The notes under the pieces: generated by a model
What the model was told of the DNA's origin: nothing
The model's input: only the letters and a program-made list of their open reading frames with translations
The model's database searches: none
Program-made: the position numbers and the translations under genes
Assembly (NCBI GenBank): GCA_963771355.1
Contig: CAVYTA010000006.1
Location: forward strand, 1,216,001 to 1,280,000
Direction of reading: 5' to 3'
From: an uncultured Candidatus Rokubacteria bacterium
GTDB lineage: Bacteria > Methylomirabilota > Methylomirabilia > Rokubacteriales > CSP1-6
Length of the DNA stretch: 64,000 nucleotides
In this document: piece by piece, positions 41,397-51,454 of the stretch
How the letters are laid out: each line of letters starts with the position of its first letter
Numbering within the stretch: position 1 is the stretch's first letter

Positions 41397-42497
41397 TCAG
41401 GCGAGGCCGTAGAGCTCGGCCACATTGTCGTGGACGAGCAAGTTGCGCTCCACGGGGGTGAGGTGACTGGCGTGCTTGGCGAGCAGCTCCTGCGACCGCG
41501 GCCAGGTCGAGTCGCTGTGGGGGAAGTCGTTCGCCCAGAGCAGCCGGCGGATATTGCAGAGGTCCTTGACCTGGAAGGCCACCCAGTCGTCCTGGAACGT
41601 GGTGTAGACGTTCTCGCGGAAGTACTCGCTCGGCATGCGGGTCAAGGTGCCCGCGGGGAGCCAGTAGCGGTGGCGCTCATACGCGTGGTCCATCCGGTAC
41701 ATGTAGTGCGGCACCCAGCCTGCGTCCGCCTCCACGCACACCACGCGCAGCCGCGGATGCCGCTCGAACACGCCACCCAGAACGAAGGTGCCCAGGATGT
41801 CCTGGCACCCGCGGATGATGGCGAGGAACCCGTTGAGCTTGGGACCGCGCGTGAGCCGGCCCAGGGCGTCGTCCCGGCTGGTGAGGATGTGGAAGGACAG
41901 CGGCAGACCCAGGTCCACCGCCGCCTCGTAGAAGGGGGCGTACACGGGATCGTCGTAGTCCGCCACCGCCGGATTGCCGGGCAGCATGACGCCGCGCAGC
42001 CCGAGCGCCTTGATGCGCCGTAGATCGGCGATGCCGTCCTCCACCGAGCGCATCGCGGTCTGGCCCACGCCGATGAGCCGGTCGGGGTGCGCGCCGCAGA
42101 ACTCCGCGATCCAGAGGTTGTAGGCATCGAAGCAGGCCTGCTTGTAGTCGAAGTCGGGATGGTTGCAGATCATCATGCCCACGGTGGGATAGATGACTTC
42201 CGCGGAGACGCCATCGAGATCCTGGTCCGCCAGGCGCGCCTCCGGATCCCAGCCGCCCCGGTGCAGATCCTCGAAGCGCACGCCCCACATGGTCAGCTCG
42301 CTGGCGTCCTTGCCCGCCGCGGCAATGAGCCCCATGGGGATGGACTTGGGCATGCCGTCCACCACGAAGACATCGCCCCGCTGGGCATCGTGGACCAGGT
42401 GCGGCGCCCGGTCGCGGAAGCGCCGGTCGATGCGGTCCACGTAGGTGCCGGGGGGCTCGGTCACGTGCGAGTCGGCGGAGATGACGGGCTTCAGCAT
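41397..42497 (-). CDS. Amidohydrolase family protein (Amidohydro_2)
   Basis: ISADSH, EVIYPT, SFH, WANDFPHSD. Confidence 0.9.
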   Translation of the reverse strand: MLKPVISADSHVTEPPGTYVDRIDRRFRDRAPHLVHDAQRGDVFVVDGMPKSIPMGLIAAAGKDASELTMWGVRFEDLHRGGWDPEARLADQDLDGVSAEVIYPTVGMMICNHPDFDYKQACFDAYNLWIAEFCGAHPDRLIGVGQTAMRSVEDGIADLRRIKALGLRGVMLPGNPAVADYDDPVYAPFYEAAVDLGLPLSFHILTSRDDALGRLTRGPKLNGFLAIIRGCQDILGTFVLGGVFERHPRLRVVCVEADAGWVPHYMYRMDHAYERHRYWLPAGTLTRMPSEYFRENVYTTFQDDWVAFQVKDLCNIRRLLWANDFPHSDSTWPRSQELLAKHASHLTPVERNLLVHDNVAELYGLA

Positions 42498-42508
42498 CGG
42501 CGGTCCTC

Positions 42509-43459
42509 CTAGACGCCTGCGGTGTCGCGGATCAGCCCGCCGAAGCGCTCCATGCGCTCGAGGCTTTCGGGAAGACTGTCGCTCCGGAAGTCGAAGATCA
42601 GCTCGCTCACGCCGAGGCGCGCGTAGGTGGCGACGTCGTCCGCGATCTGAGCATGGCTGCCCGAGAACGGGCGCCGCTCCGCTCCCGCCGCGTCGAGCGC
42701 CTGGGTGACGTCGTACACCGGCGCCTTGTAGGAGATGGTGAGCGCGCGGGGATCGCGTCCCTCCTTCTCGGTGAGCCGGAAGAGCTCGTCCAGCGACGCG
42801 CGCAGCTCGGCGGGCCGGAGCGGCACGGCGGGATTGGCGCCCACCGGATGCCATCCGTCACCGTGGCGCGCCACCCGGCGGAGCGCGGCGGGGCTGTGGC
42901 CGCCCACCCAGATGGGCGGGTGCGGCTTCTGCACCGGCGCGGGCAGACAGCGGATGGACTCGAAGCGGTAGAACTCGCCCTCGAACGAGGCGGGCGACTG
43001 CGTCCAGAGCGTCTTGAAGATGCGCAGGTACTCGTCGCTCACCGCCCCGCGCCGGTCGAAATCCGGCGCGCCCAGCGCCCGGAACTCCTCGCGCATCCAG
43101 CCCACTCCCACGCCGACGGTGACGCGCCCATTGGAGAGCACGTCGATGGTGGCGAGGGTCTTCGCCGTCACCACCGGGTTGCGATGCGGCAGGATCATGA
43201 CGCTCGAGACCAGGCGCAGCCGGCGCGTCTTGCCCGCGATGAAGGCCATGAGGGCGAGCTGCTCGAGCGCGTCGCCGCCGCCGGGAAAGGCTCCCGTCAC
43301 CGTATACGGGTACTTTGACGTGATCGTCACCGGGAAGACGACATGGTCCGCGATCATCACCGAGGCGAAGCCCAGCGCTTCCCCGCGCGCCACCAGCGTC
43401 TCGAGCGCCTCCGGCGCGGCCGTCGGACCGCGGGTGGGTAGATAAAAGCCGTAGCGCAT
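42509..43459 (-). CDS. LLM class F420-dependent oxidoreductase
   Basis: ADHVVFP...YPY, GVGWMREEF, PIWVGGHS. Confidence 0.9.
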   Translation of the reverse strand: MRYGFYLPTRGPTAAPEALETLVARGEALGFASVMIADHVVFPVTITSKYPYTVTGAFPGGGDALEQLALMAFIAGKTRRLRLVSSVMILPHRNPVVTAKTLATIDVLSNGRVTVGVGVGWMREEFRALGAPDFDRRGAVSDEYLRIFKTLWTQSPASFEGEFYRFESIRCLPAPVQKPHPPIWVGGHSPAALRRVARHGDGWHPVGANPAVPLRPAELRASLDELFRLTEKEGRDPRALTISYKAPVYDVTQALDAAGAERRPFSGSHAQIADDVATYARLGVSELIFDFRSDSLPESLERMERFGGLIRDTAGV

Positions 43460-43589
43460 GGCGAGCTCGCCTCCCTCTTCGTCGTGAGCGGCGCGGAGAT
43501 GCTAGCATACCTGCGCCGCGGGCGACCAGCCCGCGCGGGGGCGACGCGCACGAGCGGACGATCGAGCACACAATGAGAGGGAGGCGACG

Positions 43590-44372
43590 ATGGCGGGGTC
43601 CCGGCTGGCCGGAAAGGTCGCGATCGTGACGGGCGCGGGCTCGCGCGCGGAGGGCATCGGCAATGGCCGGGCCGCTGCCGTGCTCTTCGCCCGCGAGGGC
43701 GCGCGCGTGCTCTGCGCGGACCGGAGCGGAGCGGCCGCGGAGGCCACGCGCGCCATGATCGCGTCCGAGGGCGGCCAGGCGGCCGTGCTGGAGGTGGACG
43801 TCACGCGGACCGAGGACTGCCGGGCCATGGTGGAGGAGACCCTGCGCCGCTGGGGGCGCCTCGACGTGCTCGACAACAACGTGGGCATCGGCGGCCGCGC
43901 CACCGTGGTGGAGGTGGACGAGGCGGACTGGGATCACCTCATGCGGGTGAACGTGACCAGCATGATGCTCACGTGCAAGCACGCCATTCCCGCCATGGCC
44001 CGCAGCGGCGGCGGCTCCATCATCAACATCTCGTCCATCTCGGCCCTGCGGCCGCGGGGCCTCACCCCCTACACCGTCTCCAAGGGCGCGGTCATCGCGC
44101 TCACCCGCGCCATGGCCATCGACCACGCCGCCCAGGGGGTCCGGGTCAACTGCATCGCCCCCGGGCCCGTCTACACTCCCATGGTCTTCGGGGACGGCAT
44201 GTCCGCCGAGCTGCGAGAGCGCCGGCGCCAGGCCTCTCCGCTGGGGATCGAGGGGACGGGCTGGGACATCGGGAATGCGGCCCTCTTCCTGGCCTCGGAC
44301 GAGGCCCGCTACATCACCGGCGTGGTGCTGCCCGTCGACGGCGGCGTCACGCTGACGAGCGCCTCGCGCTAG
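43590..44372 (+). CDS. SDR family oxidoreductase
   Basis: TGAGS..GIGNG, NNVG, YTVSK. Confidence 0.92.
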   Translation: MAGSRLAGKVAIVTGAGSRAEGIGNGRAAAVLFAREGARVLCADRSGAAAEATRAMIASEGGQAAVLEVDVTRTEDCRAMVEETLRRWGRLDVLDNNVGIGGRATVVEVDEADWDHLMRVNVTSMMLTCKHAIPAMARSGGGSIINISSISALRPRGLTPYTVSKGAVIALTRAMAIDHAAQGVRVNCIAPGPVYTPMVFGDGMSAELRERRRQASPLGIEGTGWDIGNAALFLASDEARYITGVVLPVDGGVTLTSASR

Positions 44373-44396
44373 CGCGCTCGCGGCGACGCGTCGCGA

Positions 44397-45173
44397 TCAG
44401 ACGAAGACGGCCGGCGCCTGCGGGGTGGCCGCCCACTGCGCGGGGTCGTGGCCGAAGAAGACGCGCGCGCCCTGCGCGTCGCGCAGCTGGCGCAGCGAGC
44501 CGAGCGAGCGGGACATCTCGGCGGTGTCCCAGACGATGGTCGGCAGGATGTCGCGATCCATGTTCTCCTGCGTGTAGCAGGCGTCGGCGGTGAGCGCCAC
44601 CGTGGCGCCCTTGCCCAGGCGCAGCACCAGGGACTGATGCCCCGGGGTATGGCCGAAGGTGGGAACCAGGAGCACGCTCCCGTCCCCGAACACGTCGTGC
44701 TCCCCCTCCACCGTCCGGTAGGACACGGGCACGTTCCAGTCCAGCTCGCTCGGCTTGTAGCGGCCGGTGGCCAGAACCTCGGGCGACCGTGCCGCGTCCA
44801 GCTCGGCCTTCTGGACGAGGACCGTGGCGTGCGGGAAGAGCGCATTCCCACCGCAGTGGTCGAAGTGCAGGTGCGAGTTCGCCACCAGGGTGATGTCGGC
44901 GGGCGTCAGCCCCACCCGGGCGAGCCCGCTCGCCACGTCGTCGCCGGGCCTCGAGCGGATCCCGAGCCGCTTGGCGCGCTCAGGCCCCAGGCGGCCCACG
45001 GGGTCGGTGATGGAGGCGGGATGGACCCCCGTGTCGAAGAGGAAGCGCCCCTTCGGGTGGACGATGAGGAAGCACGGCACCGGCACTGTCCAGCGTTGCA
45101 CCGGCCCGTCGGGGATCATCTCGTGGCGTCCGAGATCGATGTAGCCGCCGCAGAGCGTGTAGACGGTGAGCAT
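44397..45173 (-). CDS. N-acyl homoserine lactonase family protein (MBL fold)
   Basis: SHLHFDHCG, HDVFGDG, GHTPGH, GHD. Confidence 0.88.
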   Translation of the reverse strand: MLTVYTLCGGYIDLGRHEMIPDGPVQRWTVPVPCFLIVHPKGRFLFDTGVHPASITDPVGRLGPERAKRLGIRSRPGDDVASGLARVGLTPADITLVANSHLHFDHCGGNALFPHATVLVQKAELDAARSPEVLATGRYKPSELDWNVPVSYRTVEGEHDVFGDGSVLLVPTFGHTPGHQSLVLRLGKGATVALTADACYTQENMDRDILPTIVWDTAEMSRSLGSLRQLRDAQGARVFFGHDPAQWAATPQAPAVFV

Positions 45174-45183
45174 GGCGGCCGCG

Positions 45184-46146
45184 CTACTGTAGCTCGGGAA
45201 TGACCCAGAGGGGCCGCCCGCCGCCGGCCACGCGCTGGATATTGTCGAAGCCGTTGCGGAAGCGCGAGACCCAGTTCTCCCAGGTCGGCCCCGCGCTGTG
45301 CGGGGTGAAGGTGACGGTGGGCAGCCCGAAGAGCGGATGGTCCTTCGCCGGCGGCTCCTCCACCAGCACGTCGAGCCCCGCCCCCGCCAGTCGCCCCGAT
45401 TCCAGCGCCTTCTGCAGCGCGGGCTCGTCCACCACCGGGCCCCGGCAGGTATTGATGAGCACCGCGCCCGGCTTCATCAGCCCGAGCTCGCGCGCGCCGA
45501 TCAGGTGCCGCGTGCGATCGTCGAGCGGCACGTGGAGGCTCACGACATCGGACCCGCGCAGCAGCTCGTCCAGGAGGACGAAGCGTACGCCCAGCGCGTC
45601 CTCCTCGTGCTCGGTGAGGCGCCGCACGTCGTAGTAGACGACGCGCGCATCGAAGGCGGCCACCCGGCGCGCCACCTTCTTGCCGATATTGCCGAGCCCC
45701 ACGATGCCGAACGTGCGCCCCGACAGCTCGTGCACCCGCGCCTCGGCGAGGTCGGTGGCCCGCCAGCGGCCCGCCACCACGTCGATGTGCAGCCGCACCA
45801 GCCGCTTCAGCACGGCCAGGGTCAGCATCAGCGTGTGCTCGGCCACCGCGGTGGCATTGGCCCCGCCGTTGTTGGACACGGGCACCGCGGCCTTGCGGGC
45901 CGCCTCCACGTCCACGTGGTCATAGCCCGCGCTGAGGAGCTGCACCAGCTGGAGCTTGGGGGCGGCGCGGAAGAACTCCCCGCCCATTCGCCGCGCCAGC
46001 CCGAGGTAGAAGTCCGCGTCCGCCGCGGCGGCATAGAACTCCGGGGTGCCCGGCTCGGCGATCACCAGCTCGAACCCGGCCGGGGTCATCGAGCGGGCGA
46101 TCTCGAGGATCACGTCGGACTGGCGGGGCGCGAAGAGGATCTTCAC
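45184..46146 (-). CDS. D-isomer-specific 2-hydroxyacid dehydrogenase
   Basis: GLGNIG, INTCRG, LDVLVEEP, TPH; GTG start. Confidence 0.9.
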   Translation of the reverse strand: MKILFAPRQSDVILEIARSMTPAGFELVIAEPGTPEFYAAAADADFYLGLARRMGGEFFRAAPKLQLVQLLSAGYDHVDVEAARKAAVPVSNNGGANATAVAEHTLMLTLAVLKRLVRLHIDVVAGRWRATDLAEARVHELSGRTFGIVGLGNIGKKVARRVAAFDARVVYYDVRRLTEHEEDALGVRFVLLDELLRGSDVVSLHVPLDDRTRHLIGARELGLMKPGAVLINTCRGPVVDEPALQKALESGRLAGAGLDVLVEEPPAKDHPLFGLPTVTFTPHSAGPTWENWVSRFRNGFDNIQRVAGGGRPLWVIPELQ

Positions 46147-46484
46147 TGCTGCGCCAGCGGCACGGTGGCGGTCACGCAGGGCTGGGCGCCGTGCACCCGC
46201 GTGGTATGCCCCTTGCCCGTGGTGTCCTCGACCAGCCGCGCGTCTCCGGCGCCGAACACCTGCTTCGTCCCGTCCCCCAGACCGATCTCGAGCTGGCCCG
46301 ACAGGATGATGACGAACTGCCGGCGCGGCGCCGGATGCCAGTCGATGAAATGCCCCACCGGATCGGTGCGGAAGGAGATTCGCGTGGTGGCGAGGCCCGT
46401 GGTCCAGTCGGGCGTCTTCGCCAGATCGATGGTTTCGAAATGCGACTGCCCGTCGGACCCGGTGTAGAGACGAAACGTTCCCAT
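46143..46484 (-). CDS. Cupin-like protein
   Basis: DWHPAPRRQFVIILSG...EDTTGKGH. Confidence 0.8.
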   Translation of the reverse strand: MGTFRLYTGSDGQSHFETIDLAKTPDWTTGLATTRISFRTDPVGHFIDWHPAPRRQFVIILSGQLEIGLGDGTKQVFGAGDARLVEDTTGKGHTTRVHGAQPCVTATVPLAQQ

Positions 46485-46540
46485 GGCGTCCTCCCCGGGG
46501 GATGCTAGCACAGCCCGCCCGCCGCCTAGCCACCCCCCGC

Positions 46541-47668
46541 CTATTCACCCATGGCCAGCGCCGCGCGCGAGATCGGGACCGCGCCGCCCCCGCGCTGGAG
46601 CCAGTCGGACTCCCGGAAGGCCTCGCTGATCCGCTCCAGCGGGAACACGTGCGAGATCACGCGCTCGAAGGGGAAGCGGCCCCGCGTGCGCTCGAGAAAG
46701 GCCAGCGCCTCCCCCAGGGCCCACGGCGAGTAGTTGGACACGCCGACCAGCCGCACTCCGCCGCGCACGAGCGCGGTGGCGTCGTACGAGAAGACATTGC
46801 CCGGCGAGATGCTGCCGACTTCCAGATAGGTGCCCCCGCCGCGCAGCATGCGCAGGCCCTCCGGCACCACCTGCGGATAGCCGACGAAGTCCGCCACCAC
46901 GTCGGCACCGAAGCCGCCGGTGAGGTCCATCACCGCCTGGATGCGCCGCTCCGGCGTGTCGAGCTCCCGCAGCGAGAGCGTGTGATCCGCGCCGAAGTCC
47001 CGCGCGAGCGCCAGCCGCTCCGGGACGCCGTCGACCACCAGTACCTGGTCCGCCCCCATGTCGCGGGCCACCGCCACCGCGTTGATGCCGAGCCCGCCCG
47101 CCCCCTGCACCACCACCGTGTGGCCGAAGCGGAGCCCGGCGCGCTTGAACCCGTAGATGACCTGGGCGAGCGCGCAGTTGGCCGGCGTCGCCATCACGTC
47201 CGGGATCTCCTCCGGCAGCCGGAAGATGAAGTGGCCGGGACGGAGGTAGTAGTAGTCGCCGTAGGCATTGTTGAAGTAGGGCGGGGTGCCCGCCACGCGA
47301 TTGGCCCGACCCTTCCGCGGGCAGGCGCCCATCTCGTCCTGGAGGCAGACGGGACAGCGCCCGCAGGGAAAGAAGTAGCAGTACGTCACGCGATCGCCCT
47401 CGCGCAGCGGCGCGCCCAGCGAGTCCGTGGTCACTCCCGCCCCCAGCCGCTCCACCCGCCCGCACATCTCGTGGCCGAAGGTGAGGTCCTTCGGCGTCTC
47501 GCCGTAGAGTCCCTTCATCTCGCCGCGCCAGATGTGCAGATCCGAGCCGCAGATGCCGGCATGGGTGAGCCGCACCAGCACCGCGCCCGGCTCCGGGTCC
47601 GGCACCGGGTACTCGCGCAGGTCGAAGTCGCCGCCGTACTTCTGGAGCACCGCCACGCGTCCCTTCAT
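46541..47668 (-). CDS. Zinc-binding dehydrogenase (MDR)
   Basis: CGSD, GHE, CGRCPVC...C, GAGGLG. Confidence 0.92.
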   Translation of the reverse strand: MKGRVAVLQKYGGDFDLREYPVPDPEPGAVLVRLTHAGICGSDLHIWRGEMKGLYGETPKDLTFGHEMCGRVERLGAGVTTDSLGAPLREGDRVTYCYFFPCGRCPVCLQDEMGACPRKGRANRVAGTPPYFNNAYGDYYYLRPGHFIFRLPEEIPDVMATPANCALAQVIYGFKRAGLRFGHTVVVQGAGGLGINAVAVARDMGADQVLVVDGVPERLALARDFGADHTLSLRELDTPERRIQAVMDLTGGFGADVVADFVGYPQVVPEGLRMLRGGGTYLEVGSISPGNVFSYDATALVRGGVRLVGVSNYSPWALGEALAFLERTRGRFPFERVISHVFPLERISEAFRESDWLQRGGGAVPISRAALAMGE

Positions 47669-47695
47669 CTCCGTCTCCTTGTCCTGGACTCTGCG

Positions 47696-48706
47696 TCAGA
47701 GGATCTTCGCCATGACTTGCTCGGCGAAGAGCGTGAAGATGTGCTCGCGCGCCGCGAAGCCCTCGCCGGGCACCTGCGGCAGCAGGATGATGCGCCCGAT
47801 CTCCGGCACCGTCATCACCCGCCGCACCCCCTCGCGCACCTCGTCCGGATTGCCGGCGAGCGCCATCAGGTCCACCAAGTGGTCGGGCACGAGCTCGCGG
47901 TGCCGCGAGGCGGCGGTGGCGTGCTGGAAGGCGTCGTATTCCCGCCGCAGCCGCTCCACCGCCGGCCGGTCCTCCTCGCGGAACGGTACCGGCAGCGGAT
48001 GGCGCAGCGCGGAGGCCACGCGCCCGCGCGCGTGGTCGCGTGCCACCGTGCGGTCGGAGCCGATCGACATCGGCGCCCAGATGGCGAGGTCGAGATCGGC
48101 CAGCGTCTTGCCCGCCTCGCGCGCCCCCTGGGCCACGAAGCCGAGGCCCGCCCGCAGGATGTCGGGATCCACGCTGGAGTACATGATGACGCCGTCGCCC
48201 ACCCGGCCCGCGGCGGCGAGCATGCGGGGGCCCGAGCCGGCCGCGTAGACCGGAATGTCGCGCGGACGCTCGAGCCACGCCAGCCGCGCATCGGTGCCCC
48301 GCTCGAGGCGGATCGACTCGCCCTTCGTGAGGCGACGGAGCGACGTGGCCATGGACTCGAGCGTCGCCGTGCGCGCGGTCTCGGCGAGGGTGAGCCCCAT
48401 GGTCTGGGCCGCGCTTCCGCCGGTCCCCACGCCGACCACGGTACGGCCCGGGATCAGCTCGTCCAGGCTCGCGATGGCGCTGGCGGTCACGGAGATGTGC
48501 CGCGTGTGCGGGACGGTGATGCCGGGCCCGAGCCGGACGCGCGAGGTGCCGAGCGCGCACGCGGTGAGGGTGACCCAGAGCTCGCGGCACACGAGGTGGG
48601 TGTCGGTGATCCACACCGTGTCATAGCCGAGCGACTCGGCAAGCTGCGCCTGCTTCACGATGGTGGCCACCGGCTGGCTGCCGAGAATCCCCACGTCGAA
48701 CTTCAT
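47696..48706 (-). CDS. LLM class (Mer-like) oxidoreductase
   Basis: AESLGYDTVWITD, AGSGPRML, GDGVI. Confidence 0.88.
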   Translation of the reverse strand: MKFDVGILGSQPVATIVKQAQLAESLGYDTVWITDTHLVCRELWVTLTACALGTSRVRLGPGITVPHTRHISVTASAIASLDELIPGRTVVGVGTGGSAAQTMGLTLAETARTATLESMATSLRRLTKGESIRLERGTDARLAWLERPRDIPVYAAGSGPRMLAAAGRVGDGVIMYSSVDPDILRAGLGFVAQGAREAGKTLADLDLAIWAPMSIGSDRTVARDHARGRVASALRHPLPVPFREEDRPAVERLRREYDAFQHATAASRHRELVPDHLVDLMALAGNPDEVREGVRRVMTVPEIGRIILLPQVPGEGFAAREHIFTLFAEQVMAKIL

Positions 48707-48723
48707 GCTAGCCTGGACCCTCC

Positions 48724-49758
48724 ATGTCGCCCGTCGTCGTCCTCCTCAGCCCGACCCCTCTCGACTCGCCGCGCGGAAACGCCGTCACCGTAGCACGGAT
48801 CGCCCGCGGCCTGCGGGCCCGCGGCGTGGAGGCGCACGTGTGGCACGCGCCCGACGCCGCGGCTGCCGCCGCGCTCGAGTCGGAGGCGGCTCGAATGCGC
48901 CCGGCCCTGGTGCACGCCTTCCACGCCCGGCACGCCGGACCGCTCGGACGGACGCTGGCGGCGGCCGCGGGCGCCCCGCTGGTGATCACGCTCACCGGCA
49001 CGGACGTCAGCGAGGATCTCCGGCATCCCGCGCACGGGCCCGTGGTCCGCGAGACGCTGCGCGCCGCCGCGGGCGTGACCGCGTTCCACACGAGCGTGGT
49101 GGGCGCGCTGGGCGCCGACGGGCCCGCGCTGGGGGACCGGCTCGCCGTGGTGCCGCAGAGCGTGAGCTTCGAGCCGTCGGGCGCAGCCACCCCGCCGCCG
49201 ATCTCCGGCGATCCGTGCCTCCTCTTCCCGGCCGGGATCCGCGCCGTGAAGCGGCCCGGACTGCCGCTGTCCGCGCTGGAGGGACTCGCGCGGCGCCGGC
49301 CGGCCGCGCGGCTCTGGTACGCCGGCCCCGTGCTCGAGCCGGCGGAGCACGCGCGGCTCGTCGCCGGCCTCGCCGGTCGTCCCTGGGCGCGCCAGCTCGG
49401 CGCGGTACCCCACGCCGCGATGCCGGCGCTGCTCGCCACGGCGGACATCGTGCTCAACTGCTCGCGCTCCGAGGGCGGCATGGCCAATGCCGTGCTCGAG
49501 GCGCTCGCCCTCGGTCGTGCCGTGCTCGCCTCGGACATCCCGGGCAACCGCTCCCTCATCGAGCCCGGCGTCACGGGCCTCCTCTTCCACGGGGAGACGG
49601 AGCTGGCGGAGGGCGCCGAGCGGCTCGCCGCCGATCCCGCGCTCCGGAGCCGCCTCGGCGAGGCGGGACGCCGGCTGGTGGCGGAGCGCTTCACGCCCGC
49701 CGTCGAGGCCGAGGGGTATCTGGCGATCTACGCGCGGGTCTGGGCCGATGGGCGCTGA
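48724..49758 (+). CDS. GT4 glycosyltransferase, SenB/GLT1D1-like subfamily
   Basis: GNAVT, HAFHA, ITLTGTD, PQSV, SRSEGG.ANAVLEA, SDIPGN. Confidence 0.85.
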   Translation: MSPVVVLLSPTPLDSPRGNAVTVARIARGLRARGVEAHVWHAPDAAAAAALESEAARMRPALVHAFHARHAGPLGRTLAAAAGAPLVITLTGTDVSEDLRHPAHGPVVRETLRAAAGVTAFHTSVVGALGADGPALGDRLAVVPQSVSFEPSGAATPPPISGDPCLLFPAGIRAVKRPGLPLSALEGLARRRPAARLWYAGPVLEPAEHARLVAGLAGRPWARQLGAVPHAAMPALLATADIVLNCSRSEGGMANAVLEALALGRAVLASDIPGNRSLIEPGVTGLLFHGETELAEGAERLAADPALRSRLGEAGRRLVAERFTPAVEAEGYLAIYARVWADGR

Positions 49759-50458
49759 GGCGCGCGACGACGGACGGCTCCTCTTCCTCTACGGCGGCTG
49801 CACCTTCCAGCTCGACGCCGGGGTGCAGGCGCCCAAGGCGGGCTCGCTCCTCTTCTGCCGCCATCTCGGCGCCCGCGCCGGCGAGCGCGTGCTCGAGCTC
49901 GGCTCGGGCGCGGGACTGGCCGCCGTGCTGGCCGCACGTGCGGGTGCGCATGTCGTCGCCACCGACATCCGCCCGGAGGCGGTGGCCTGCACGCGCGACA
50001 ATGCCGCCCGCAACGGCGTGCGCGTGGACGCGCGCGAGGGCGACGGCTTCGCGCCGGTGCGGGGGATGCGCTTCGACCTCATCGCGACGAGCCCGCCCCA
50101 GATGCCGACCCCGCCCGGCTTCGAGCGCGACGACGCCGAGGCCGCCGCCGACAACGGCGGGCCCGACGGCTGGGCGCTGCTCGAGCGGGTGATCCTCGAG
50201 TGCCCCGCGTATCTCACCCCCGGGGGGCGGCTCGTGTTCACGCTCTTCGACTTCCTCGGCATCGAGCGCGCGCGGCACCGCCTGCGCGCGGCCGGGCTCG
50301 AGCCCGCGGTGCTCGCGCGCGAGGCGCAGCCCTTTCCCCGCCTCGGCCACGAGCGGCTCGACTATCTGCGCGGCCTCGACGTGGAGGGCACCATTCCCCG
50401 TGACGCGCGTCCCCGCACCGTCGAGCGCTACGTCCTCGAGGGGCGCCGGCCGGCATGA
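49748..50458 (+). CDS. Class I SAM-dependent methyltransferase (HemK-related)
   Basis: VLELGSGAG, ATDI, FDLIATSPPQ (NPPY-like motif), LTPGG. Confidence 0.88.
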   Translation: MGAEARDDGRLLFLYGGCTFQLDAGVQAPKAGSLLFCRHLGARAGERVLELGSGAGLAAVLAARAGAHVVATDIRPEAVACTRDNAARNGVRVDAREGDGFAPVRGMRFDLIATSPPQMPTPPGFERDDAEAAADNGGPDGWALLERVILECPAYLTPGGRLVFTLFDFLGIERARHRLRAAGLEPAVLAREAQPFPRLGHERLDYLRGLDVEGTIPRDARPRTVERYVLEGRRPA

Positions 50459-51393
50459 CGGCGCGTGCCTTCCTCGGCATCGACGTGGGCGGCACCACCA
50501 CCTCGGCGGGACTGGTGACGGCTCAGGGCCGCGTCGTGGCCGGCCGCCGCCGCCCCACCCATGGACCGGCCGGCGGCGACGCGGTGCCGCGACTCCTCGC
50601 GCTGGCCACGGAGGTCGCGGGGCTGGCGCGGCCGCGCGGGTACCGGCTCGCCGGCGTCGGCGCGGGCGTGCCCGGCATCGTCGACGGCGCCACCGGCGTC
50701 GTCGGCGGCGAGGCGCACAATGTGCCCGAGCTCGGCGGCGTGCCGCTGGCGCGCCTCCTCACCCGCGCGCTCGGCGTGCCCGCCGCGGTGGACAATGACG
50801 TGAACGCCCTCGCGCTCGGCGAGTGGATGTGGGGGGCGGGGCGCGGCGCGCGCTCCCTCGTGCTGCTCGCGCTCGGGACGGGGGTGGGCGGCGGCATCGT
50901 GCTCGACGGGCGGCTCTACCGCGGGGCCGCCGGCTTCGGCGGCGAGCTGGGCCATGTCCCGGTGGAGCTCCACGGCCGGCCCTGCGTGTGCGGGGCGCGG
51001 GGCTGCCTCAAGGCCTACGTCGCCGGGCCCGATCTCTCCGCGGAGGCCTCGCGGCGGCTCGGCCGCCCCGTGGATGCGGCGGAGCTCTTCCGCCTGGCCG
51101 CGGGCGGCGACGCGACGGCGGCGGCCGTCGTCGACCAGGCGCTGGAGGCGCTCGCCGCCGGCCTCACCATCATCGTCAACGGGCTCAATCCGGAGCGGCT
51201 GCTGCTGGCCGGCGGCATCGCCCGCGCGCTCGCCCCTCGCGCCGCCGAGCTCCGCGCGCGGCTCGCCCGCCGTGCGTATGCCGGCGCGCTCGCCACCACC
51301 TCCCTCCGCTTTCTCGGCCTCGACAAGCGCACCACGGTGCGGGGCGGCGCCGCGCTGGCGCGCCAGGCGGCAATCGCGCGCGCTCACGCCTGA
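50455..51393 (+). CDS. ROK family sugar kinase
   Basis: GIDVGGT, NDVN, GTGVGGG, GELGH, CVCGARGC. Confidence 0.92.
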   Translation: MTARAFLGIDVGGTTTSAGLVTAQGRVVAGRRRPTHGPAGGDAVPRLLALATEVAGLARPRGYRLAGVGAGVPGIVDGATGVVGGEAHNVPELGGVPLARLLTRALGVPAAVDNDVNALALGEWMWGAGRGARSLVLLALGTGVGGGIVLDGRLYRGAAGFGGELGHVPVELHGRPCVCGARGCLKAYVAGPDLSAEASRRLGRPVDAAELFRLAAGGDATAAAVVDQALEALAAGLTIIVNGLNPERLLLAGGIARALAPRAAELRARLARRAYAGALATTSLRFLGLDKRTTVRGGAALARQAAIARAHA

Positions 51394-51454
51394 CCGCGCG
51401 CTTGCGCGCCGGCGCCGCCTTGTGCGAGCATCCCGTCCAACGGGAGGAAGCTCC

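Noticed and set aside
48724..49758. Canonical selenoneine (senABC) cluster
   Set aside because: No EgtB-like senA or selenophosphate synthetase is adjacent; only subfamily-level resemblance of the glycosyltransferase is claimed.
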